From an uncultured virus (IMG/VR IMGVR_UViG_3300023184_000087) (lineage: Duplodnaviria > Heunggongvirae > Uroviricota > Caudoviricetes): a DNA stretch of 20,000 nucleotides. The notes under the pieces were generated by a model, which did not search any database, had not been told where the DNA came from, and was given only the letters and a program-made list of their open reading frames with translations. The translations under genes were made by a program, and so were the position numbers. How positions within the stretch are numbered: the stretch's first letter is position 1; every line of letters begins with the position of its first letter. Positions 8,928 to 16,843 of the stretch are shown here, one piece after another. Location of the stretch: positions 56,915 through 76,914 of IMG/VR virus record IMGVR_UViG_3300023184_000087, one strand, 5' to 3'.

Positions 8928-10175
8928 TTATATATTAACAGCTATTTGAACCTCAATCGATTTTAGTTCGAAAGCAGGTGTGATAATAAGGTCTACAATC
9001 GCCTTGTTTAAGTCTGGAACATATGTGACGTTAAAATCACTTGCCAGCAAGGCTCCTATTAATTGCATTCCTCTTAGTGCTGATGAAATCGCTGTCTCCA
9101 TTGATGTTCTCATTTGGATAGTCGATGGTTCACCAACAAACTTTTGGCATGATTGACGAACAACGTTCGCCGCTTCATCTACAACCCTCTTGGTAGAGAG
9201 TCTTGAGTAGTCAGAACCGGTAGCGGCAAATGTGAGTCCGTCGCCATATACTGCGATTTTATTAAAGTTAAGAACTACTGAGTTTACACCCTTACCCGCA
9301 AGTGTCTCTTGCTGTGTTCTTGTTGGCGCATAACGCATTGCTTCTACGTTGTATATTGGTTTTGCTGTAACTGAAGAGTACGCGGCAAGTTTGCTCAACG
9401 ATGCTGCCATTGCGCATGCTCCGTTTGCATAACCATAATCTTCTCCACCGCTTGTACCATAAGATACCGGTTTAATCTCTGTTGCGATAACGCAAACATA
9501 AGGACCATAATCCTTCATACTTGCATTATCTCTGCTTACAAGAGTGCTAAGGGCTAGATGCGAGGCAACAGCTGCTGGTGTCATAGTTTCTTTTGTACCA
9601 GCATCATATGGCTTAACACCCAAAATTGAAATACATGGATGTATGTTTTCTGCAATATTCTTAGTTCTAAGAGCCGCCTTGTATGCCCAGCTATTACCAT
9701 ATGTTGATGAGTTATTAGCGTGGAAGCCATACTCTGTGTCGCCAGGAGTTGCTGGAACTTCCCAGTCATCTGAATTCCCGCCCCTGCCCCAAGGAACGAT
9801 AATATCAGGAAGAACTGTTTCAGCTGCAGCATACGCAGCATCAAGCATTGCATCTGCTGTGTATCCGGTTGCAGTTACATGTCCAAGTGTGTGATCAAAT
9901 GCAGTTGAGCTTGGAAGTGGAACCATATAGATTCTTTCAGCTCCTGCAGAAATTAATTCTAAAAATGCCTTATGAAGGTCTGAACCTTCACCGAAAGCAG
10001 CAATTACATCTTTTTCAGTTGTGGCCAGAACTATGTCAAGGTCACTAACTCTCTCGGTTTCATTCGCAGTGTCTCTTCTTGCTATTACAACAATTCTAGG
10101 ACCTGCTGGTGTGTTTGAGCGCGATACACTATAGAAGCGATCTCTGATTATGGTGGTTACTCCAGGAATAGCCAT
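8928..10175 (-). CDS. Tail sheath protein (compact, 415 aa)
   Basis: N-terminal MAIPGV; AAFGEGSDL; C-terminal YSRLSTKRVVD...KFVGEP...VDLIITPAFELKSIEVQI typical of sheath C-terminal domains. GGAGG SD. Confidence 0.85.
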   Translation of the reverse strand: MAIPGVTTIIRDRFYSVSRSNTPAGPRIVVIARRDTANETERVSDLDIVLATTEKDVIAAFGEGSDLHKAFLELISAGAERIYMVPLPSSTAFDHTLGHVTATGYTADAMLDAAYAAAETVLPDIIVPWGRGGNSDDWEVPATPGDTEYGFHANNSSTYGNSWAYKAALRTKNIAENIHPCISILGVKPYDAGTKETMTPAAVASHLALSTLVSRDNASMKDYGPYVCVIATEIKPVSYGTSGGEDYGYANGACAMAASLSKLAAYSSVTAKPIYNVEAMRYAPTRTQQETLAGKGVNSVVLNFNKIAVYGDGLTFAATGSDYSRLSTKRVVDEAANVVRQSCQKFVGEPSTIQMRTSMETAISSALRGMQLIGALLASDFNVTYVPDLNKAIVDLIITPAFELKSIEVQIAVNI

Positions 10176-10222
10176 ATTATCTTTAAACCTCCGACTAAAT
10201 TATGGGGCATTAATTCTTCTTT

Positions 10223-10230
10223 TATAGTAA
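10223..10230 (-). promoter_or_regulatory. TTACTATA motif, candidate late promoter for sheath/tube genes
   Basis: Intergenic, about 48 nt upstream of the sheath ATG; the same motif precedes ORFs starting at 13951, 14284 and 16153. Confidence 0.5.
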
Positions 10231-10285
10231 CAGGTAAGTTATAAAAATAACTCAACAACCTAATTTAGATCAGTTTTTTATATAC

Positions 10286-11086
10286 TTAATTAAATCCAGG
10301 TGTGGCACCCTGTTGTAGGTCAATAATATTGATACTTATATTGTCATAGTTTGGAGTAGCTTGAGCCAATAACTCTGACTCATAGGCCATGCCAGTTCTT
10401 ACGTCAATTGCAATCTGCTCAATGACTTCTGTTCTAGCTGCAAATGTTTTCTCTGTCGTAAGCATGTAGGTTACTGTTCTTTTGTGGATATCTTTAGACT
10501 CTCTGTTTACTTCTGAGTCAGATAATCTTCTTGAATAAATTAATTCTGAAGCTCCTATTCTTTTAAAGATAGGAGTAAATTCCATCATAAAATCTTCGAA
10601 AGTTTCGATTAAAGACTCAACTAAATAAGCGTTATCTTGATCATCAATTCTTTCATTTTGATTTGATCCCGACCTATTTCCTGCTGGTGCGAGTGCATGA
10701 AAAGCTATTACATTTTGAAATCTTTGCCCGTAAATATATACATTCCCACTAGTTATTTGTCTCATTCTTGGCTTTGGTTCAACAGAATGTGCTTTTCTTA
10801 ATTCTAAAGAATAAGTTATAATTGCTGGTGTATCTTCCATTCTTCCTGTTGTTTGACCAGTAGAGGGATCTACATAGTTTGGATTGAACCAGGTAAAAGA
10901 TGGGTCAGATGGAGAAGAGGATTTAATCGGAAAATTAGGAAAAGATTGTTCCCATAAAGATTTAACTGTAGAAATAAATTCTAAATAAGAAAGATTTCCT
11001 TCTGACTGAAGGGGTTCAGCAAACCTTAATTTTGTATATGAATCTGTCCCGCCAAATTTTGGCCAACCCACTGTGTTTTGTGCCAT
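10286..11086 (-). CDS. Putative tail completion/terminator protein
   Basis: 266 aa, upstream of the sheath. PAIITYSL...YGQRFQNVIAF...AYLVESLIETFEDFM...KRTVTY suggests the alpha/beta pattern of tail-terminator proteins; mainly a synteny call. Confidence 0.5.
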   Translation of the reverse strand: MAQNTVGWPKFGGTDSYTKLRFAEPLQSEGNLSYLEFISTVKSLWEQSFPNFPIKSSSPSDPSFTWFNPNYVDPSTGQTTGRMEDTPAIITYSLELRKAHSVEPKPRMRQITSGNVYIYGQRFQNVIAFHALAPAGNRSGSNQNERIDDQDNAYLVESLIETFEDFMMEFTPIFKRIGASELIYSRRLSDSEVNRESKDIHKRTVTYMLTTEKTFAARTEVIEQIAIDVRTGMAYESELLAQATPNYDNISINIIDLQQGATPGFN

Positions 11087-11087
11087 G

Positions 11088-12683
11088 TTATGCTCCTGGC
11101 CCCGCTGCCAATGATAGATTTATTTTCTTTAAACCTAATGAAGAAACTATATTTATGTATAGTAAAATTACACCAGACTCTGAACTTGATGGTTTAGCAT
11201 TAAATTCATAATCTACTATTACCCCATCTTGTTTTAGTTTCTTGAGAAGTTGTGTTGTATTGTTAATTACTTTATCGTAACCAAATTTACCTATGGAATC
11301 ATAACCAAAACCTTTTACTGAACTTGATAGATAGGAGGCTAATCTCATTTGTGGTAGTTTTGAAAAAATTGAATTTATATTGGCCATTGTATAATCATTT
11401 GTTAGATATACCTGAAAGGGTTGTGCCCTTCTTGCCTTATTGCCTCTATATATTGTATTTATTCCTATTGCATCAAGTCTATTCATTTCTAATGAGTTTA
11501 AGTTTACTCCATACACAGACATTGCTCCGGGTATTCTTTTTCTAACCAAACCAAAATTTAATGGATTAGAAACAATTAATCCAGCTACTGCAGCGGATAC
11601 CGAATTAATATATGTAGTGTCTAGTTGTGCGTGAGAAAATAAAGCTTCTCCATAAACTGGAACAACATATCTGCCAAAGTCAGATATAATATTTCCAGAA
11701 ATGTTATATTCCGTAAACTTACTAGATAGACTTTCGTCGTTTTCAATTTCATCTATATCTTCAGAGGTTATTCCATTTGTTCTTGATCCAATAACGCCAA
11801 TTTGGACATATCCAGTTTCATTATGAAACGAATTACAGTATGTTGCTAACTGTGAAACAAAATCTATTCCACCAGTTTTAATTATTGAAACCTCTAAGGG
11901 AACTATAACATCAATAAAATCAAGAACACTTAACACTGAATATGTTACCGATAGTCTTTCATGATATCTTTCATAAAAAGTCTTACTAGTTGGTGTTGCG
12001 GATTCATAATCAATATAAGTTGAAGATATCAATCTTTTGTCTATATCATCTACATATTCTGACATCGGAGCAGCAGCACAAATAAATATATTTTTAGCTC
12101 CAGCGTCATACGCATCAAACACCCCTCTTAGAAGTGGGCTATTCATATCTGCGTTTAATAACTCGACTGCATGTTGAACCGATCTTATTTTTATCGGACT
12201 ATTTAACTCAAGACCATCTGCATGACCAACAAGCAGCAGTGATTGCATGTTTGAAAAATTTATATCCTCATACGAAGGCTTATATGTAACTACGCTTGAT
12301 TTATTCCCCATTGGAACCGTGGGAAGGGGTTCGTATGCTTCTTCTTTTACTTCAAATTTAGATTCTATTATAATATCAGAATTACCATTAACAGTTTTTG
12401 CAACTGCGGTATACATTCCAGGATACATTCCCTCTGGAACTTTATAATTAAATATAAATTCAGAATTTACAGTTCTTTCTATGTAGGCATTGGTGTCTGG
12501 GGTCGCATTTGTATACAGATAAGAAATTGGATTTCTAATTATTGCGGAAAATCTATTGTCTCCTCTTACAACGGAAACTGTTACGTCTATTGGTGTAGCA
12601 GATAAAGTTGGGTCATATACTTCACCAGAATCTACAAACAAAAATTTAATTTTTAGTCTTTGATTTTTTTTTACAACTAACAC
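11088..12683 (-). CDS. Second tail-sheath-like protein with an extra N-terminal beta-rich domain
   Basis: Probable GTG start at 12683, just after the upstream TAA (track start 12713 overlaps that gene). From about residue 150: LLLVGHADG...SPLLRGVFDAYDAGAKNIFI...SAAVAGL...LDAIGINTIY...VSSLGLKKINLSL parallels the main sheath. Confidence 0.65.
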   Translation of the reverse strand: MLVVKKNQRLKIKFLFVDSGEVYDPTLSATPIDVTVSVVRGDNRFSAIIRNPISYLYTNATPDTNAYIERTVNSEFIFNYKVPEGMYPGMYTAVAKTVNGNSDIIIESKFEVKEEAYEPLPTVPMGNKSSVVTYKPSYEDINFSNMQSLLLVGHADGLELNSPIKIRSVQHAVELLNADMNSPLLRGVFDAYDAGAKNIFICAAAPMSEYVDDIDKRLISSTYIDYESATPTSKTFYERYHERLSVTYSVLSVLDFIDVIVPLEVSIIKTGGIDFVSQLATYCNSFHNETGYVQIGVIGSRTNGITSEDIDEIENDESLSSKFTEYNISGNIISDFGRYVVPVYGEALFSHAQLDTTYINSVSAAVAGLIVSNPLNFGLVRKRIPGAMSVYGVNLNSLEMNRLDAIGINTIYRGNKARRAQPFQVYLTNDYTMANINSIFSKLPQMRLASYLSSSVKGFGYDSIGKFGYDKVINNTTQLLKKLKQDGVIVDYEFNAKPSSSESGVILLYINIVSSLGLKKINLSLAAGPGA

Positions 12684-12684
12684 A

Positions 12685-13059
12685 TTAAACCTGTTTTTCT
12701 TTTGTTGCACCAACTACCCAAAATATAATTTTACCACTTTTACCACGCCTTGGAGAGCACGTATCTATTAAGTATATTGTTTGTTTACTAAATGTATTCG
12801 GTAGTGATTCATATATTCTGTCGCCTTCTTGCGGATTAATTTCTGCCTCAAAATAATACACTACTTCTGAATTAACGGCAATTCCTTCAATTTGTTCTTG
12901 TGAACTTTTAGCATTAGTTATTCCAGATGAAAAAACATTTCTTGTAGTTACTCTTTCTAGGGTGTCTCTATAATTATTGTTTGGCATTATTCTTTGTATG
13001 TAGACGTCGTGGCCCCATTCTTTTAATATCTTTTTAAAAGATCTTTCAAGATTAATCAT
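12685..13059 (-). CDS. Putative head-closure (stopper) neck protein
   Basis: Probable ATG at 13059 overlapping the upstream stop (ATGATTAA); 124 aa. ILKEWGHDVYIQR...YYFEAEINPQEGDRIYE...IYLID resembles SPP1 gp16-like beta proteins; follows the adaptor-like gene. Confidence 0.5.
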   Translation of the reverse strand: MINLERSFKKILKEWGHDVYIQRIMPNNNYRDTLERVTTRNVFSSGITNAKSSQEQIEGIAVNSEVVYYFEAEINPQEGDRIYESLPNTFSKQTIYLIDTCSPRRGKSGKIIFWVVGATKEKQV

Positions 13060-13951
13060 ATCCGCGTATGCCTCTGTCCGGCATCGGGTCAGCACTTAGC
13101 GCTGATCTCCTACTTGACCCATAAAGATCTCTGTCGGTAAGATACACATCCCTATGTGTATCTGGGTCAACAAATCTTCCTGGATTTGATATTGCAGAAG
13201 AAGGAAGACCTTTTGGTTGAATACCTCTTGGGCCAGTTTTCATTGCCAACATCTCCTGCCTAAGTGCTGTTGCGATTTGGCACCAGGTAACAGCATTGCC
13301 TCTAGACGTAAGGGTTCTTGGAAAGTTTCTTGCAGTTACAGTTAAGTCAGCTAATGTTACTGAAACATCGTCGTCTCCACCATAATTGTACATTCTGCTG
13401 AGATCACAGGCAACAGCTGCCTTAATGTATTCAATTGCAGCATAGGCTAATTTATCAGCTTGATACGTAGATTTTATGCCGTAGATACTTTCTACCTCTA
13501 AGGAATGAAAATGAATTAACTCTCCTATTTCTATTAAAGAAGCTTCTGGAAATAATGGAAGAATTTCTTCTGGACTAAGATAAAGGGGAGTAACATCTGG
13601 AGCAAATGTCATTATTTCTTCAGATTTTAAAGTTATTGTTGGCTTATATTCGTCACTAGAAGTGCTTACGTAAAGTTGTTGATTGACTGTAATTTGCGTG
13701 CCGTTAGACATACTGCCAACAAATTTAATTTTGTATGTATCAGCTGTTGTAGGGGTAAAATCATAATAATATTCGGAACTTGTTAATGCCGTTGGAGCGG
13801 CGGAGACTATGACAGTTCCATCAGCTTTTGTTATTGTAACAACTACAGACAAAGGGCTAACTAAAATTTGTTCTCCAGTAGATGCGTTAATGTCAATAAA
13901 TTTAACTTTTATTCTTACAGTATCATTAACGAGTACGCTGCTAGTAGTCAT
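13052..13951 (-). CDS. Putative head-tail adaptor with N-terminal Ig-like domain
   Basis: 299 aa, GGAG SD. About 95 aa of beta-rich N-terminus (VRIKVKF...YYYDFTP...TYKIKFVG), then a helical region YLSPEEI...AIEYIKAAVACDL...VSVTLADLTV as in adaptor proteins. Confidence 0.5.
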   Translation of the reverse strand: MTTSSVLVNDTVRIKVKFIDINASTGEQILVSPLSVVVTITKADGTVIVSAAPTALTSSEYYYDFTPTTADTYKIKFVGSMSNGTQITVNQQLYVSTSSDEYKPTITLKSEEIMTFAPDVTPLYLSPEEILPLFPEASLIEIGELIHFHSLEVESIYGIKSTYQADKLAYAAIEYIKAAVACDLSRMYNYGGDDDVSVTLADLTVTARNFPRTLTSRGNAVTWCQIATALRQEMLAMKTGPRGIQPKGLPSSAISNPGRFVDPDTHRDVYLTDRDLYGSSRRSALSADPMPDRGIRGYD

Positions 13952-13982
13952 TTTTTCTCCAATAAAACTTGCATTTTTTAAT

Positions 13983-13990
13983 TATAGTAG
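13983..13990 (-). promoter_or_regulatory. CTACTATA motif, candidate late promoter
   Basis: Intergenic, about 32 nt upstream of the ATG at 13951. Confidence 0.45.
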
Positions 13991-13996
13991 CCTATT

Positions 13997-14284
13997 TTAG
14001 TTAACTATGGATACTTCTCCTGGTGTACCAATAGATATTACTTGAGCTGATAATATCGCGGACACGTCTTTATCTAATACTTCAAGGGTTAAAATTCCAC
14101 TTGGGCTTGTATCCATGCTCAATACGGCTATTGTCGTGTAGTTCGAATAATCTTCATTTAAAGAATATAATATTGTTATATTATTTAATATTATTGGATC
14201 GATAAGGCTTTGCGCCTTAATTATTAATGTTCCATTATATAAATAATTCGGGTTATTGTAGCTTAAATTAGCATTATATAGCAT
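13997..14284 (-). CDS. Hypothetical protein, possibly virion-associated
   Basis: 95 aa, GGGAG SD, preceded by TTACTATA; N-terminus YNANLSYNNPNYLYNG then beta-rich. Confidence 0.6.
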   Translation of the reverse strand: MLYNANLSYNNPNYLYNGTLIIKAQSLIDPIILNNITILYSLNEDYSNYTTIAVLSMDTSPSGILTLEVLDKDVSAILSAQVISIGTPGEVSIVN

Positions 14285-14309
14285 AGTTCTCCCGGGTTAA
14301 ACTAGCTGT

Positions 14310-14317
14310 TATAGTAA
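14310..14317 (-). promoter_or_regulatory. TTACTATA motif, candidate late promoter
   Basis: Intergenic, about 26 nt upstream of the ATG at 14284; marks the start of the structural module. Confidence 0.5.
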
Positions 14318-14396
14318 TGAATTTAACTTATTGCTCTACAAAAATTGTTGTATTGACAAAGGACTTGATCATTTTTGGCATAAAACACTATATATC

Positions 14397-15044
14397 TTAA
14401 GACTTTGTAAAGACAACGATTTTACTTGCGGCATCAAAGTCAGAATTATAAGTATTTATTTCATCAATTTTTAAATTATTTATTATATTTTTTCCAAGAC
14501 AGATTTGTAAAGCCATATAAAAATTGTCATTTTGATAATGATCGGCTTTAATACTAAAGATTGCTTTTCCTTTATTTTTTAAATAATTTATGCTTTCAAT
14601 TAGCTCTTTAACTCCAAGATGACCAAGTGTAAATGTCCCAGCACTAACTATAAAATCATATTTTTTTTCTATTAATTTACTTTTTTGGGTAAAATCTTCG
14701 CAATAAAGAGTATAATAACATGGTAATTTATCTGCTCTTTTTTTTGATTTAGCTAGGTTAATCATCTCAATTGAGATGTCTACTCCATCTATCAGGCACT
14801 GGGGTCTATAGTTAGATAGGCTTTCGCCAACAATGCCAGTTCCACAGCCTATATCTAAGACGCTAACTATATCATCTGGGATTACAGTAGATGATACTTT
14901 AGCTATATGATCTGCTAGTATGTAATTAACGTCTTGAGCATATTTGTCGTATCCCATTGCCCAATCATTATAGTATCTCTTTAAATCTTCAGATGATTTA
15001 TAACTGTATACGCTTTTTACATTAAAGTCGTCTGGAGTTTTCAC
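14397..15044 (-). CDS. Class I SAM-dependent methyltransferase (METTL27/WBSCR27-like small-molecule type)
   Basis: Motif I VLDIGCGTG, GVDIS, YDFIVSAGTFTLGH and N-terminal YNDWAMGYD. Probable GTG start at 15044 right after the upstream TAA (track start 15065). Confidence 0.85.
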   Translation of the reverse strand: MKTPDDFNVKSVYSYKSSEDLKRYYNDWAMGYDKYAQDVNYILADHIAKVSSTVIPDDIVSVLDIGCGTGIVGESLSNYRPQCLIDGVDISIEMINLAKSKKRADKLPCYYTLYCEDFTQKSKLIEKKYDFIVSAGTFTLGHLGVKELIESINYLKNKGKAIFSIKADHYQNDNFYMALQICLGKNIINNLKIDEINTYNSDFDAASKIVVFTKS

Positions 15045-15046
15045 AT

Positions 15047-16153
15047 TTAGAAAGTATGAACCCAAGCCGCAAATTCTTCGTCAGATTCTCCAAGATGCTC
15101 AAATTCTATCGTTCCAGCTTCTTCAAACTTTTTACGCAGCCAAGCACCATTTCTATCAAGCAGCCCCAGTTTGCTTACATTGGGAATAATTTTTGCAGCT
15201 AGCATTTTTCTAATCCAAGCTTGTGCTGGGTCGTTAAGTAGGAATGGAGCTATGTCTTTTGTTTTGACTCCCATTTTTTCATATACCTCTTGTTGAAGCA
15301 CTCTTTCTCCAACTTTGATACTGGCCTCATAAGCAAATTCTTGGCGCTCCATAATTTCAGCATCTGTCATTTGAGCATATACTTCTTTTAATGTAATTAC
15401 ACCAAAAGAAATATGTCTAGACTCATCTGTCATTACATTTCTAAGAAGCTGCTTTAGTAGTGGCTCTTTTGTTAGTTCGCGCAAATACGCCATTGATCCA
15501 AGACCCAAACCCTCAACCATGATCTGCATACCAAGATATGTTATATCCCAACGGTTATCGGAAATCGTATCATCCACAAGACTCTGTATATGCCAGTTAA
15601 AGGGCAGGGTTCCGCCAAGCTTTGTATTGGCATACTTTGCGAATACCTCTACGTGACGAGCTTCATCGACAACCTGAGTAGCTGCATATAGTTTTCCGTC
15701 ATACCATGGACAAGTCATTACTTGCTTAGAGGCGCACAACAATGCTGCCTGCTCTCCATGGATAAACTGAGAAATTAACCACTTTCTACTTTCAAGACCA
15801 AATTCAATCCATTCTTTTCTACCCCATTTTTCAATTGGGCTACCTTCATAGACCGACAAGTCTCTACTAGTACCAAATCTTGCATAGTCTTCCAATAAGG
15901 TCTTTTCTTGATCTACCGGTATAGACCAGTCTAAAGCTGTTTCGCCATTCCATTGATTATTTTTAGCCTTCTCATAAAGCTTTCTTAACTGATTATGGAC
16001 AAGAGAATAATCCCAAGTCAGCATCGCATCAAAATTTGTTTTAACTACATGATTTACAGCGTTAAAGTCTACATCTGGGGCGTTCATTATTGGATCCATA
16101 TCATTAATATTAATATTTCCAATAAATTCTTTATAGGTTTCTTGCGTAATCAC
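15047..16153 (-). CDS. Ferritin-like diiron oxygenase, AurF (p-aminobenzoate N-oxygenase)-like family
   Basis: 368 aa, GTG start with AAGGAG SD. Diiron ligand pattern FIHGEQ...DEARH...MVEG...DESRH, and LYEKAKNNQWN typical of the family. Confidence 0.85.
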   Translation of the reverse strand: MITQETYKEFIGNININDMDPIMNAPDVDFNAVNHVVKTNFDAMLTWDYSLVHNQLRKLYEKAKNNQWNGETALDWSIPVDQEKTLLEDYARFGTSRDLSVYEGSPIEKWGRKEWIEFGLESRKWLISQFIHGEQAALLCASKQVMTCPWYDGKLYAATQVVDEARHVEVFAKYANTKLGGTLPFNWHIQSLVDDTISDNRWDITYLGMQIMVEGLGLGSMAYLRELTKEPLLKQLLRNVMTDESRHISFGVITLKEVYAQMTDAEIMERQEFAYEASIKVGERVLQQEVYEKMGVKTKDIAPFLLNDPAQAWIRKMLAAKIIPNVSKLGLLDRNGAWLRKKFEEAGTIEFEHLGESDEEFAAWVHTF

Positions 16154-16195
16154 CTTATTCTCCTTGAATATCCTATGTATTATATAGACAAATTA

Positions 16196-16225
16196 TATAG
16201 TAGTATAATTTTATCTATAAAACAA
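16196..16225 (-). promoter_or_regulatory. Candidate promoter for the diiron oxygenase-methyltransferase pair
   Basis: TTGTTT (16225-16220), 17-nt spacer, TACTAT (16202-16197); also matches CTACTATA, with further TATAAT hexamers just downstream. Confidence 0.4.
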
Positions 16226-16246
16226 GTCTAAAAATTAATTATTATT

Positions 16247-16840
16247 TTAAGGTATTTTATATTCTGACCAATCTGGATTTATATTTAAATTTTCTTTTAA
16301 CGGTCTAAAGTTAGCGCTAATAACTATTCTTTTTTCATCACTATAATGACGATTTGTCATATGATATATGAATGAATTAAATAGTGTTAACATTCCTGTT
16401 TCTGGTTTTATGGTTGTCGTATTTTCTATTGTGTTGCAATATGGTGTAACGAATATTAGCTCTGCGCTTCCAGCTGGCGCGTTAACATAATACGATATTG
16501 AATAATAATCCAATGGATATAATTGAGTATTAACCTTGTGAGTATGGCCCACAACAGACTGACCACGTTCAAGCGTAAGAGTCCAAGCAGAATCCATAAC
16601 CATTTCCCTGCCAAGGATAGCGTTTACTGTTTCGGTTATTTTTACTAAAAGTTTAGCACATTCTGGTTTTTCAAATGGATAATATCTATCTTCATAAAAA
16701 GTATGTGCTGGATGAGGATCTTTAATATCAGGAATATTACCAGAAAATTCTTTTATTTCTTTTTCCACTAACGCATTGTCTATTCCTTCGATTGAACATG
16801 TGTGAACATCAAGGGATATTAAACTAATTTTTTTATTCAT
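16247..16840 (-). CDS. Putative 2OG-Fe(II) oxygenase (TIGR02466-like, HxH type)
   Basis: AWTL...GQSVVGHTH...SISYYVNAP...ELIF...KPETGMLTLFNSFIYH...KRIVISAN gives the HxH...H...RxxxS pattern. Confidence 0.8.
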   Translation of the reverse strand: MNKKISLISLDVHTCSIEGIDNALVEKEIKEFSGNIPDIKDPHPAHTFYEDRYYPFEKPECAKLLVKITETVNAILGREMVMDSAWTLTLERGQSVVGHTHKVNTQLYPLDYYSISYYVNAPAGSAELIFVTPYCNTIENTTTIKPETGMLTLFNSFIYHMTNRHYSDEKRIVISANFRPLKENLNINPDWSEYKIP

Positions 16841-16843
16841 AAT

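Noticed and set aside
5197..13951. Extracellular contractile injection system or tailocin instead of a phage
   Set aside because: Adaptor-like and head-closure-like genes, a very large tape-measure candidate and phage-style accessory genes favour a phage; no capsid gene is in the window, so it is not formally excluded.
14353..14396. Plus-strand TTGACA/TTGATC as an antisense promoter
   Set aside because: No good -10 hexamer at 16-18 nt spacing and no plus-strand gene downstream.
14397..15044. DNA methyltransferase
   Set aside because: No DPPY/NPPY or PC catalytic motif; the pattern fits small-molecule or protein class I methyltransferases.
15047..16153. Ribonucleotide reductase R2 subunit
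   Set aside because: Shares ExxH pairs, but HGEQ and KAKxxQW motifs fit the AurF-like family better and there is no R1 gene nearby.
7377..16231. Short plus-strand or alternate-frame ORFs overlapping tube, sheath, adaptor and oxygenase genes
   Set aside because: They overlap well-supported genes almost entirely and have no protein-like motifs.
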